Origin: Takakia lepidozioides | Lineage: Eukaryota; Plantae; Bryophyta | Direction of reading: 5' to 3' | DNA: 64,000 bases | NCBI GenBank assembly: GCA_030704615.1 | Contig: CM060732.1 | Span: forward strand, 9,362,001 to 9,426,000 | Shown here: piece by piece, positions 11,501-24,129 of the stretch | Position numbering within the stretch: the first letter of the stretch is position 1 | How the letters are laid out: every line of letters begins with the position of its first letter | Program-made: the position numbers and the translations under genes | Notes under the pieces: model-generated | The model's database searches: none | The model's input: the letters and a program-made list of their open reading frames with translations, nothing else | Told to the model about the DNA's origin: nothing

Positions 11501-14500
11501 TGGTGGCAACAACTCCTTTTTGTGGTGTTTGGCGCTTACGAATATGCTGGGTGGTTGGACAGACCCGGTGGCTCCAAATCTGGAATGGTTCCCAAAGTAC
11601 CAGGGACATGTGGAGCTTCCCCAAACCGGACAAACTCTCTGACCCCACATTCGACATGTGGATGAACCGCATGACATGGTGGTTTCAGGTACTTCCCCAT
11701 GCTTCGTTTGGGGCTTCTACTCTAGTAGGGGGTGGATTCATTGTATTTTTTCAGGAAAGCGATCTGATGGAGAATCTCCACAGGTGACGACGAATGCGCA
11801 AGAGCAGCTGGACACACAAGCACATCAGTTCAAGATGGAGATATCTCCTGCAGCAGAGAGCCTACGTGACTATGTGACGAGGTACTTTCTGCTCTACAAA
11901 ACCAACCTATTCTTTCGGGAGATAGCAGATGCTCGCCGGAGCCACGAGTTCACCGACCAGCCGAACGCGGACAAAGCAGCAATGCGCCTTCTGTACAGGT
12001 ACATACGCGCTGCCTTTCTTTCAAGTCCTTGCATTTCAGGATGTTAGAGGCCTCATGTGGTGTTAGGGAAAATGGCGCCAAATTTCTAGTCAGGGCTCCG
12101 AAAATGGCTAAGTCCCTAGACTGGCTGGCCCGGAACTGGAAATTCGGCGCCATTTTCCAGTTCTAGGCCCTATTGCCGTTCAGGGACTTAGCCATTTTCG
12201 GGCTAAGTCCCTAGGGTGGCTGGCCCCGAAGTGGAAATTCGGCGCCATTTTCCAGTTCTAGGCCCTATTGCCGTTCAGGGACTTAGCCATTTTCGGGCTA
12301 AGTCCCTAGACTGGCGGGCCCCGAACTGGAAATTCGGCGCCATTTTCGAGTTCTAGGCCCTATTGCCGTTCAGGGACTTAGCCATTTTCGGGCTAAGTCC
12401 CTAGGGTGGCTGGCCCTGAACTGGAAATTTGGCGCCATTTTCCAGTTCTAGGCCCTATTGCGGTTCTGGGACTTAGCCATTTTCGGGCCAAACCGGGAAA
12501 AATGGCGCCGAATTTCCAATTCAGGGCTCCCAAGATGGCTAAGTCCCTAGGGTGGCAGTCACCGAAAACCGAAATTCGGCGCCATTTTTTCATTTCTAGG
12601 CCCACTCACATCCGCCCCAACCTGGGAAAATGGTGCCGAATATGCATTTCAGGGACCTCATTGTGTTTTTCATGAATGCAGGTACTGCAAGTTCTCCCTT
12701 TTGGAGAAAGGTCATCTGTCTTTCGAGCCACCATTCTTCCTGGCATGGAGGAACCCTGGGGTTGACTCCATGTACACTGACGATATTGTGAAGGAATGGC
12801 ATCTGGAACATTTGCGTGATTGCCCTTGGTATGTGGACCTTCCGCCCGGCTCGCTCGACCCATCCGAGTTTCAATTGAAGCTGGATGCTGAATTCCGACG
12901 AAACCGGGCTCCGCTGCCTCCGTTGGGTGCAAAAGAGGCAAAAGCGCTTGCAAACTCCAGGAAAGCGGCAGAGCTTGCTCAGGCAGGAATTCAAGAGAAA
13001 TTGCATGAGAAGAGTAAATGCCAAAGGAAAAGGACAAGGAAACAGGTGAGTGCAGTAACACCCAAAAAGAAGAAAACCATCGGGGCATCGGAGGAGGCGC
13101 AGGAGGGGACCCAAGAGAGTGACTCGGACGACGACTTTGTTCAAGGTCCTGCAACTGCTGTTGCTCCTACCCAGTCACCGGTCGTCCGGGTTCCCAAGTC
13201 AGTTCGGAGTGGGACTGGCTCTGCCAAGAAGTTGGCATTTGAGGGCGAGCCTACACGGCGGTATTCGGCGGTGACGTTTACGCACAGGCCAAAGCTAGAA
13301 CCTCCAACCATCATCCAATGCGTCAATGAGAGCTTCCTTGACGCTCTCGCTGCCAGGGCGAAGAAGGTGGCACACAGCAAGTCTCTGGCGGAGCAGAAGG
13401 GGAAAGCCAAGAAGAGGGCTGCCGGTACAGAGCCTAAAGACACCCCTGGTTTTGAAGCCATGATGGAATTCTTCACGGTTGTGAGCACGAATTGCAAGAG
13501 CACTCGGGGGGGGGGGGGGGTGGAGAGAGCTTGCGACATGATTCTCCTCGACATTCCAGATGGGGAGCTGCTGGAGGGCCTGGATGGTGTGCCCACCTGG
13601 AACAGGTTTACTGAGGACTACTGGAAAGCCGGGTTTGGGCTGGCGGGGATGCTTCTGGATGACGGTGGATGTGTGGTTGTCCTTGCCACGAGAGGGAAGA
13701 CCACAGAGAATGCGGTGGCAAGGTGGACACCCAAAAGTGTCACCCCGGTCCTCCTCAGAAAATGGTTCTGCATCAGTACACAGGGGTTGAGAACAGAGGG
13801 CCAAAGTGTAAGTTATCAATCTATTGCATTCACTTCATATTGTGGTGTATGTTAAGTAGACCCTGGAGTTGATCCCTTCTTTGTTGGATGTGCAGACATT
13901 GGTGTTTGAGGCATATTGCTTTGTGAAGAGAGGGTCTACGTTCAAATTCCGCAACGACGGTCGTCTTGTTGATGCCGCTGTGGACCTTGTAACCTACGAT
14001 GTCCTCTACAACTATGTGCCCCACTCCAGTATGCCAAAGGACACAAAGACAGGCAAACCGTGGCGGTACAGCCGGACCCGGAGCCCTACTTTCATCCAAA
14101 CCCTCATGGAGACGTGCTCGGATGTCCAAGGGCAGATTCTTGACCTCACATGCGGCACGGGTAAGCCTTCACGTGATCAGTTTGTCCCCTGGCCCGATTG
14201 CAATTGCATGCCGCAAGCTATTAACCGCCCGCTTTGTTCCTCAAGTGCTTCAATGTGGGCAGGGACGTTGTCCGACATGCATGTGTTCGCCTTCGAGCCA
14301 GATACTGCCCTCCACAACTTGGAACTTGCAGCGGCTGAACGTCTGCCGAAAGAGGAAGAGGCATCCTCGGAGGATGAGGAAAAATCCGAGAAGGAGCAGG
14401 GGGAGGAAGTTGGGATCGAGGCCGAGGAGCCCCTGGTTTACGAGTGAGTGGTGGCATTGTAAGTTGCCTCCAAATTTCGTGAGGCACCTCCCTCCGCTCT

Positions 14501-14857
14501 CTTATTTCATTGAAAACCCTTTCTGGTTGTGCTGGTATTGACATTCTTGAAGTGGATTTGTTCTTACTGTAGGATGCCAAGTACTCTACTTATGCTGCCC
14601 GGCTTGCTTCGGTGTCCATTAGGAGGTGTTCCGAACCTAGTCGTGTACAGCAGATTTTAGACGAGGCAAGCCTCAAGAAAATGAAGATGAGGGAGGAGGC
14701 AGCAGCTATTAGAGCCCGTCGGGCTCGTAGATTTGTCTTGGATTCTGCTGAGGAAAGTGGGGGAGAAGACGCAGAAGATTCCCAGGAGGTGAGGTGGACA
14801 GTCCCCCAAGGAGAGGACGGGATTTTTGAGAGGCATAGTGGAACTGATGCATCATAG
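8571..14857 (+). pseudogene. Multi-exon ParB/Srx-domain plus beta-class N6A/N4C DNA methyltransferase-fold protein (element A); frameshifted
   Basis: RIPLCRLVSLQVVRP...YVWDGNHR (DGNHR at 10583-10597); DMILLDIPDG (13550-13564); LLDDGGCVVV; RSPTFIQTLMETCSDVQGQILDLTCGTG|ASMWAGTLSDMHVFAFEPD. Predicted GT-AG exons about 9299-10737, 10856-11046, 11207-11477, 11563-11688, 11784-11998, 12682-13807, 13896-14160, 14246-14433 and 14573-14857. The start exon is uncertain. Confidence 0.8.
12065..12650. repeat. Intronic 95-bp tandem array with nested inverted repeats
   Basis: GGCTAAGTCCCTAG recurs at 12106, 12201, 12296 and 12391. Each unit holds CTGGAAATTCGGCGCCATTTTCCAG, and CGAAAATGGCTAAGTCCCT/AGGGACTTAGCCATTTTCG form inverted arms. 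Confidence 0.9.
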
Positions 14858-16026
14858 AGCTCGGAGGATGAGGGGGATGGGGGGGATGAGAAAGAAGGTG
14901 GGGCAAGTTCCTCGGAGGGTGTAGGAGAGTAGTGCCCATTCCGGCTATGACAGTTAGAACACACTTGTATAGACGTGGCTTGCCACAAAATTTGCAATAA
15001 AATGTTGCATTTCAAGTCCACTGGTGCCACATTCCAACTTCACATGACCCTATTTCCGTGCCTCCTAACCCTATTTCCGTGGACTCACAATGGTCTGCTC
15101 ATGCTTTTTTTTTTTCCGCTCATGCTCATGCCGCTCATGAAATAGCAGCCCCCTCCATGGACCCATGTACCTTTAGTTGGCACCGACCTCCATTGAAAGC
15201 CCCTCCATCAGTTCAATTTTCCTATTATATGACCAATTCCGTTGTTTCCTTGACCTCATATGCTTATAATCGGCACCAACCATCACTCATGGCCGTTGGT
15301 CCATTGGAATGAGCCCATAATATGCCAAATCCGAGTGTTGGAAGGTGGTCTTATGCTATTACTCGGCATATAGCTTCACTGTTGGGCTTAAGAACTTTGG
15401 ATTTGCCTACAGTATCCCATTTACCACGTTTCAATGAGAGGATGTGCACATGTAGTCGGCACCGACCTTCACTGCTAGCCCTTCGAAAGAGATCAATTTC
15501 CATATAATTTGATGAAGACCGCAAATTCCACGATCTCATATACTTTTAGTCGGCACCGACCTTTACTGTTGCCGTAGAAAAGAGTGCAAAACCCATTGAA
15601 TATGTTAAATTCCACAAATTCCATGACCTCATTCGCCCATTTGCGGAAGTTGGCATTACCTTATGTGCTCGAGTCGGTACCGACCTTCAATTTCAACAGT
15701 TGGAGAGAGTGCTACGTGTTCACCCCTTTTGAAAATCCATACAGAATCAGTCAATTACATTGACATGTAGTCGGTGACGACTACATGTGTTTCGGTATGA
15801 AAGGAGCAATGTGTGGCATGCAAAGTTACAAAATGCATGGAAAACCAATGGGATTATCGCTATCCCATATGCACTGTCTGTGAAGGAATGACATAACATT
15901 GGTTTTTCGGAGTAATTTGAAGCCGGGATACTGTTTAAAATGAATGGAGGAGTTGGCAGGGGGATGAGAATGAGAAGCCTCTTTTCCTTCCGTCGGTGGC
16001 CTCATGAAGACGTACGGGGATGACAG

Positions 16027-16752
16027 GTGGATAAGTGGGACCCACTGCATCCATTATTGCAGCCCGCAGTGGCGAGTGGTTCTAACCACGGGGAATTTGA
16101 AAGGGCTTTGTTGTTGTGTCTAACGTCTCATTCTCTTCGACATCAGGCTCATCCTTCCGGCCTCGTTTCCATTGCTTCCAGAACCATGACGAGTGCCCTT
16201 ACGGAGGCGTGGATCATGCAATCTATACTGCCACACCGGGGGACATCGTCATTTGGCACACAGTTTGCATTGACGACAGTGGGGTCGAGCGCGAAACATT
16301 GTCTGCTTTTGAGTATTTCCGAGGGCAATATGCTTTCGAGAGGGGTGATGATCTTGGTCTGTCCAATCCGTGGCTCTTGCACATCCTTGATTCAAATTTG
16401 CCCATCTACGGCCGGCAGCCGGAGAGAATGCGCAACGCTATGCTTTGGCGGTGGAATTGCTGCTAGTGGACGTGGGTGGAGTCCATCGGTGTCACGTATA
16501 CTCCTACAAGTGTACGGTCCTCTTCCCCATTGTATGGGGACATTCGCATTGGATTGGAGGACGAAACGCACGGGCACTCCGGCTCCACGTACAATTAAAC
16601 TTTCCATATTTGATGCTGGTTCCATTGAAGGGCACGACATTGTGGTGAAGATCAACAGGGGCCGAAGAACGGCTGCAATCCTTTTTACGTGGAGATGTCC
16701 GATGACTCATGAGCTTGTGTTTAGGCCAGTCGAAGTGTCGTTGACTTCGTAA
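16027..16752 (+). pseudogene. Possible third, unidentified cargo ORF of element A (probably frameshifted)
   Basis: Overlapping ORFs 16027-16752 and 16116-16466 of globular-looking composition; no recognisable motif. Confidence 0.25.
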
Positions 16753-16990
16753 GTTGTATTTATAAGGGAAAACGCTTTGGATTTGCATGCACCCTCAGTA
16801 TAGTATGCGTGCTTCATTTGAAATGCATACATATGAATAAAAACCCCATTGTATGCGAACTTGTGTGGAATGTGCATCCTTCCTTCTCATAATGCACAAC
16901 TCGCCATGGCGTTTCGGGTTGGGAGTGTTGGTGGATTACAAAAGGGGTAGGTAGGCTCTAGTGGGGGCCCATTGTACTGAGCACTGCCAT
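16658..16990 (+). repeat. 333-bp segment duplicated in inverted orientation at 33778-34110
   Basis: Direct comparison shows only about 5 mismatches; both give the same ORF peptide MQIQSVFPYKYNLRSQRHFDWPKHK. Confidence 0.95.
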
Positions 16991-19499
16991 AGAGGCTTGC
17001 TCTGCCCATTCATCACAGCACTCTCCAGATAATGCTTGACCATGAAGGTAACCCATGCTCACATACACCCTATCATAGATTAAGAAGCCTGTCCCAACAG
17101 TGATTCACCGACAAAAGACATGTAAGGGTTACTTTAAAGTGGAGGGCCAGATGTCAGGTCAGGTGAGGACCCATAAATATCTGGCTTGTTGTCTTTTCTC
17201 CTCAGTGAGGGCAAATATGGTTCTCTCATTCATCTATGCCATCCATTAGAAAGATATGGTTGGAACAGGTGGTCGAGTGTCGGCATTAAGCTCATAGATA
17301 TCCTGGTGGCTCAAAACCCCAAGACTAACTCCAGAAGGCTTTGTACCAGATAGTGACCAAGCCTGGAGAGCATGTCAAAGCCAACAATCACAGGGAGTTG
17401 CATACATCTACTTCTGTCTCTCCCTCCCTCAGTTAGACTGGAAGCAAGAGCCAGAAGGGAGTGTTGTGATTGGAGAATCAACTAGTATTAATACGCTGCT
17501 GCATATTGTTGATAAACTCCACTCACATGTAAAATATCTTGCACAGGTCTTTTAACACACAGCTGTGGACTGCCAGCCACAATTACAGGCTGGCTCTACT
17601 ATACCACATGTTTAGCATCCTCACAGACTTGGAGCTGCTGAAGTCTTCATTACTTTCAAGATAACACAGTTTCACCACCTTCTCGCACAAAAATTGATCA
17701 AATTAAGATAGCAAGAAGAGAAAGGCAGACCTTGCCAGGTGTCGAAGGAAAATTGTCCTGCATGCACGGAGACATTTTCAACAAGGGACTCTGTAAAGTC
17801 TTGGTGGGAGAGTCGAGGTACATCCCCGGAGAACCACAACCCCTCTTTGCGTGTGATGGGTTCCTCCCCTTTCTTGCCTGGTCTACCACCCAGCAGTGGA
17901 TCTCAACCCGGTCTTCTAGACTTTCTCCTCGTTATTTCCTGCATGCCACAGCCGAACCCAAGGAAATTTAGCATCATTTTGGCACATTGAATCTAACTCA
18001 CAACCCTGCAATATTGATCTAAAAGAAGATCCAGACACCCAAATGACAGGAAAGGATAGACCCACATACATAAATAAGGTCTAAATATGTTATGTAAACA
18101 AATCAAAGTCAAACCCAATAAACATGTTTCTCACTGGACATCTAGCAATGTGATTTCTTTGCTGTCTAACACCAGTTTAGGTGAGGAAAATGTTATGCCA
18201 AATAGTCATCATGTATTCAAAGGTGCCATTACATGGATATGATTGCTATGGAGGTACACTCGTAAATATTCTCCTGAAGCTTTGCAACTTTTTCAGTTCC
18301 TGATGGGTGAAGTGCTATGTCTCTCCACATCCATTCATGCTCACACTGTCTCTTTACCAGCAGATATTGGTCACTGCTAAACCATCAGCTGTGGCAGCAA
18401 GAACCTTGTATTTCATGTCGCAAGTAGGAACAGGGCATAGTGGTCCAGAGAAACATGAGATGGGGATCTTGGGAGTGACATGTGCAAAGGACATCCAAAG
18501 CATAAGCTTACCCAAGCTTCACTTCTACTTGGACAATTCTCATACTTGTCAAGATCGCCATGGACTCTCAGCTGGGCTTTGGACCCTCTCAAGGCCAATT
18601 CAGGAAGTATGCCTCCGGCAGGCAAACAGAATATGTCACCTTCAGAGGATAGCAAATACTGTCAGCTATTCAGAGACCTCTATCCTAGTCAAGGTCCGAG
18701 GAGTTGTTTAGACTAGAAGGATCAACCTTCCTTAAATTCGGGCAACTACTTGCCCAATAAGGAAGTGGTGGAGAAAAAGCAGAAAGTTAACAGCCGGACA
18801 TGGAGCTCAAAATTGAGATCAACAGTGTTGACGTTGAGATTCGAAAGGAGACAAAACAGGCAGACCATAGGACACACCCCCAAATCTGAGTAGAGATAGA
18901 CATCGAAAAGACAAACCTAGAGCTAGACATGGGCATTGAGTGAAGGTGATGTCAAACAATGTCATCGGCAGCCACTTGTACACTCAACAATCTTCATTGT
19001 AGCCTCCACACGTAATCACCAACTCTATTATCACCTACAGGAAGGATAACACGACCGATTGGTGGGTAATTAAGCTGGGTTGAGCCAGGTGCATGCATGG
19101 AGAAAAAAGAGGGTGCCCAAGAATTTAATCACAGAAGCTCTCCACTACCCTACACAGTCCGCAACAGTCTGCTGCATGTTCTCATGAAAGATTCCTGGGC
19201 ATTAGTAGGTACAACCGCAATTCCTGCAGTCGCAAAGCGTTCACACTGCCTTCGAGCATGACCAATGTTGTACGAAGAGTAACCACAAGAAATGCTAAGG
19301 TTCCGCATATTCTCAAAGAAAATAGTAGGTAGTAATCGCCTGCATTATCCCACCCAGTTGACAAAGGACCATTAAATTAAGTGCCGCAGTCTCCATCCGA
19401 GAGCTCTCATTTCTCTGAGAACTGCCAGATGATTGGCGTTCCCAAACCGTGAGTTCCAACGGGCCAGTTCTAACACCGAGACTCTATTATCGCTGGAAA

Positions 19500-19830
19500 G
19501 CGCTACATGCAAGCAGAGAGTACAATAAGTTCAGTTCCTTGGCCAGGCCTTGTTCTGGCAACTGCAGCACCACAAGACATGTGTAAAAGAAGTAATCCTT
19601 CACAACTCACAAATCACAAATGAAGTTAGGGTTCCGTAAATTGTATACATCAAAGATCTAGTCTACTGCAGTTGTGAGGGCTAAGATGCTTAGATGAACT
19701 CACCTCCAACGTTGCTGCATACACAGAACCCAGTTCATCACCACCAACATGCACCAGTTGAGTATGCTTAGGCCATGGAAGGGTGCCACTATTCCGCAAA
19801 TGCCCAATCTTGGTAAAATGCGATCATACT
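19500..19830 (-). pseudogene. NBR1: NBR1/Joka2 FW-domain gene fragment (two exon pieces)
   Basis: Translates to HFTKIGHLRNSGTLPWPKHTQLVHVGGDELGSVYAATLE|gt...ag|LPEQGLA, matching the plant NBR1 FW-domain pattern FTKIWRMRNxGxxxWPxxTQLVxxGGD...E|xPExG. A conserved W is lost and the homology ends abruptly. Confidence 0.65.
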
Positions 19831-20220
19831 TCACAATGGCTACAGGAAGCTCAAAGATCTTATGGGATAAGAGGAAAAAAGAAACAAGAAAGAGAGGGGG
19901 TCACAAAGCTCATGGCCTGCTAAGACCATGCTGACACGGAAGGGGTGCGGGGGAGGAGGGAAAAGAGAGCCTGCGGGAGACAGATCGCGGGGAGAAAAAA
20001 AGAAAAGAAAAACAACATTGCATCGCGATTTGATCCCGCGGTGCGTCACAACACATTCTACGCCCTTACCACTAGACTACTCCTAAAATTCTATAACCCC
20101 CTCCTGTAAGATTATATTTAAGGTGATATAAACCCCCCTCTATATGTATAATGTTGTACAAGGAGGGGTTTAAAATACCCCCTCCTGTGCACGCACGTGG
20201 CTGGTACATATTGGTAGGAT

Positions 20221-20980
20221 GTGAATGTCATCAACGCCATTCAAAACATTCCATTCAATGATACTGTAAATACACCCTAATCCACGTGAATGCAAACTCT
20301 CGCTTTGGAATGACATAGACATAGAAGTGAATGTCGTCAACGGCATTCACTTTGGATTTGTGAATACACTGCTAATCAAGCCTAATGATTTCTCAAAAGA
20401 GGCAAAATTATTGGATGGAAATCAGAAACTCGAGTAAGGAACCCTCCCCAAAAACTCGATGGACATTCATAACGAACATAACACTGAGGACCTCATAATA
20501 ACACTGGATGTGAATGGCGTCAACGCCATTCACAAAATTACGAACAAGGAACCAATTAATACACCCTTAGCTCCCAATCCATGTAAATTCAAATTGTCGC
20601 TGGTGAATGACACAGACATAGAAGTGAATGTCGTCAACGACATTCACTTTGGATCTCTGATAACACAGCTAATCAAGCCTCAAGATTTCTCGCAAGAGGC
20701 AAAAGCAATGCAGAACAACTGAATGTCTGCATTGACATTCAACAAACTGAAGTGAGGAACCCTCACTGTAAACTCTATGGACATTACAAAAACTTACATA
20801 ACTCTGAGGACCTCTCAACAAACTCTGGATGTGAATGTCGTCAACGCCATTCAGGGACATTATCAATTCTAATCAGGGACACTATAATTACACCCCAAGC
20901 TCCTAATCCAGGTGAATTCAAATTCTCGCTTAAGAATGACTCAGACAAAGAAGTGAATGTCGTCAACGACATTCAATTTG
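20221..20980. repeat. About 3 units of ~300 bp, each with two GTGAATGTCGTCAACG(A/C)CATTCAC palindromes
   Basis: Copies at 20221, 20327, 20510, 20624, 20831 and 20953. Confidence 0.9.
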
Positions 20981-21056
20981 GATCTATGATTACAATCCTT
21001 ATGAAGCCAAATTATTTCCCAAAAAGTGCAGTAGAGTTTCCAGTATGATATTGCAC

Positions 21057-22923
21057 CTGTACACAACTCGCATCATGGCCCACTCTCCTCCAACCTGATT
21101 GTCAAAGTCGTTGGACCGTAAAATGTTACCATCTTTGGAGAACTCCCGGAAAAAACAGTATCTCCAGGTTAGACCTCTCCACTTCCTTATGTATGCCTCC
21201 AATGACATTTGGGGAGGGGAAACAATCGAAATGTTCAAGTCCTTCAAAGTCTGATCCAGCACAATGACGGCGCGCTTTTCGAGCTACAAATTGTATATTT
21301 GTCAGTATTGCAAATAAGATACTCATCACATAATTGAAGAAAAGAAAACGGCTTATTTGAATACACACCTGACTCCAAAATGTAGCCTTGTGGAGCCAGT
21401 TATCAAACACCAAATCACTGATTCCTTCCACCTTTGTGCCAGGCTGTATGGTGCTCTTTGGGAACTGATTCAAGTCCTTTACTGTCTGATCTGAGTTCCA
21501 TATCTCCAGCCACCTTATTTTTGTTTGTGGGTCGACCATGGATATGGCCAGCCGGTGCAATTTCTCCTGCTGCATCTCCGGATGCACATGCTTGTCATAG
21601 TGAGATTTGATCTGCTGAAGGAACTCAGAACCAAGTCCAGGATCTACTATTCTAAGCTGCTTTCCGAAGGCAGACATCAATTTGGTTCTTCGCATTTCAA
21701 ACTCATTTTTTATTGCTGCTTCCACACCCTTTGATGTTCTTAGTTCATCTGGTGTAGTGCGGTAATATTCGGATTTTCCCTTCTCAGCTGCCTCTGCCAG
21801 TTCTTGCTGCATTGATTCAAATAGTGATTAGCACCGAAGGGACTACAAACATGTATTCGAAAAGTAAACTGAGTACAGACTCGGGCTTACCGCATACATG
21901 TACTCCAGAAACGCCTCTCGAGTCAAAGAATACCAAGTGCCTGCAGCTCTTCCTGTTTCGCACTTCTTGATTATATTGGGGGGGAGTACTGTCCGAAAAT
22001 CATCCAGCTTCATCAAACCAATCCTCTGAATTCAGAATAGTGCGTGGACCAAGCCTGTTGTCACATGCGATTTCTCTGTCGATCTGCAAAAACATTGGAA
22101 ACATTGCATTCCTTAACACTGTTTTTTTGGGATTAACAAGACCCTACAGAGGGAATGAAGTCTCTAGGATGACTTACTTGTTCACGTCGTGCATAGCTGT
22201 AAGAAGCCTAGCGATGTCGTTTCCTGGATCCAAAACCATTGCCCCCACAACAACATGCTTGTCTTTGTCTTTCGCATGGTGTTTCTGGATGTATCCCATC
22301 CATGCCAGCAATCGGTGGTTGCCGTCCCAGACGTAGAACATGTGGTTGCAGAATTGCTGGGTGTTCTTTCCCATCATGAGGCCCAGCTCGAACTCCTCAT
22401 TAGCATCTTTCCAGCACTCATCCCAAGTATCACTGATCTCTGGAGACACTAATGTGCTTTTCCCATTTATATCCGTCAGTGACACATAAAAAACTTGTGC
22501 ACCAAGTCTGTATCCATGCACGAAATCACTCTCCAATTTTGTTATGTCATGGGAAAGAGGTGGACGCACCACAGGCATAGATATCATCCGGCACAGAGGG
22601 ATGTCCAGACGCCCTCCAGATACGAGCATGTCCCTTATAACCTCCTGAGAGTTTACCTTCTGGAATGACATGAGTTCTTTCACCTTGTCAAGGTAGTGCA
22701 CTTCAGATTCATCTGCTTCATCGTTATTCTCTGAGTTTTTTCCAGACTCGTCCCCATCTCCAGATCTTTTCCCCTCTGATCTTGTAGGCTTGGACCTCAC
22801 AGTTTTGTGCACGATGCCATTCAAATCTGACTGAGTAATGTGCAAATAGTGAACGGCGGTAACGACCATCACTCTGTCTCGACGAAACTCACAATGAATG
22901 GTGTGAAACAAATTCAGAACCAT
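21057..22923 (-). pseudogene. ParB/Srx-domain protein of element B (3'-truncated, methyltransferase exons missing)
   Basis: RLDIPLCRMISMPVVRP...FYVWDGNHRLLAW (DGNHR at 22312-22326); DPGLGSEFL, EKLHRLA, WLEIWN, FDNW..FWSQ| and RVVYR| align with the A and C copies, including intron positions. Confidence 0.85.
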
Positions 22924-24129
22924 CTACACAAGCAAAGCTGATCCTGCCGAATTCAAAACAAAAGCGAGAGCGAGAGCGAACGACGTTAACGACAATCACA
23001 AAAGACAAGGACCTGCCGGATCGGTGTTGTGCAATGACATATATGTGTAAGTGATTGGCGGCAACGACATTCAGTATAGTTTAGGGCGGACAGTATGTGT
23101 AGATTATTCAGATTGACTCCATTGTGATTACCGTCGCAAGCATTCACGGTTTCTTGTCTATGTCGAGAGTACTTTCCAATCGATACTCTACTGAATCTAC
23201 AGTATGGTCTTCAAATCTTTGATTGGCGGTACCGCCTTTCCACTTCTCTATCTGTTCAACTTCATACAAAGAAAATGCATTGCAATACATTATGACTGAA
23301 TATGCCGACCCTCACTCTCTCTTCAAACACATAGGTACATAAATCTCATGAGGAGAATCGAATGGCGTTAATGACACTCGCAATTCAGTAGACTTCAATC
23401 ACATGTTCCTGCTAAAGAAGGGAAGAAGAAGGACTGCTTGAAAGGCAATCAGACAGACTGTATGATCTGAACAACAGTGAATGACAGTACCGTCAGCCAC
23501 CCACTCATTGTGTTGTAAACCCTTAACAGAGGAGTAGAAAGCAAATCACCGTTGTTTCATGGTGATGGTCGGTAGCGACAATCCCTTTCTGGGACATTCC
23601 ACTCAATCTCTACGCAGATCTTCAACAATGAAATGTAAGTTAGAGAAAACTTACTAGCGCCTTCTTAGGTTTTGAAATTGGATCCCCTTCTGCAGCTTTC
23701 CTCTCCCATACACGGTCATCCTTGTTAGCCAACCCCACGTTCGTTTCACATTTTGAACTTTCCAGGTGTGCATGATCATTGATAGTAGTATAAAGATACA
23801 TTTACTTAATCTGCAATCCCACCCTCAGATCCTGTGGCATGCTTCCAGGAAGTCGGCTTGTTATTGTGTTTATTGATAAGGTTCTGATTAACGGTTTAAC
23901 AGCTGCCGACATTGCTCCTAGGGATACTCTGACCACTGGGCCCACAAGAAAAGTAATTAAAATGGACGGCTGCATATCTGGAAGGAATAATAGAATATGC
24001 ACAGTCGTCGTTTGAGCTTCCTCCGCCATATTCTCTGCTCTTTCTTCAACTGTGTTCTGGAGACATCAGTAAACCGATTTACACTGAAGGTCTGCGATAG
24101 CAAGGTATCAACGTATGCGAGGAAGGAAG

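Larger units (their letters stand above)
818..16990. mobile_element. Element A: large Mutator-like (MULE) DNA transposon with a divergent transposase and ParB-methyltransferase gene pair; boundaries approximate
   Basis: Contains a DDE/SWIM transposase (minus strand) and a ParB-MTase gene (plus strand) head-to-head, subterminal repeat arrays and dispersed AGTCG-N4-CGACT sites from 1877 to about 15790. The right end is defined by where homology with the inverted copy at 33778-34110 stops. Only an 8-bp GGCAGTGC/GCACTGCC terminal match and no TSD were found. Confidence 0.7.

Noticed and set aside
818-16988. GGCAGTGC...GCACTGCC as definitive TIRs of element A
   Set aside because: Only 8 bp, with no flanking target-site duplication; kept only as a tentative boundary.
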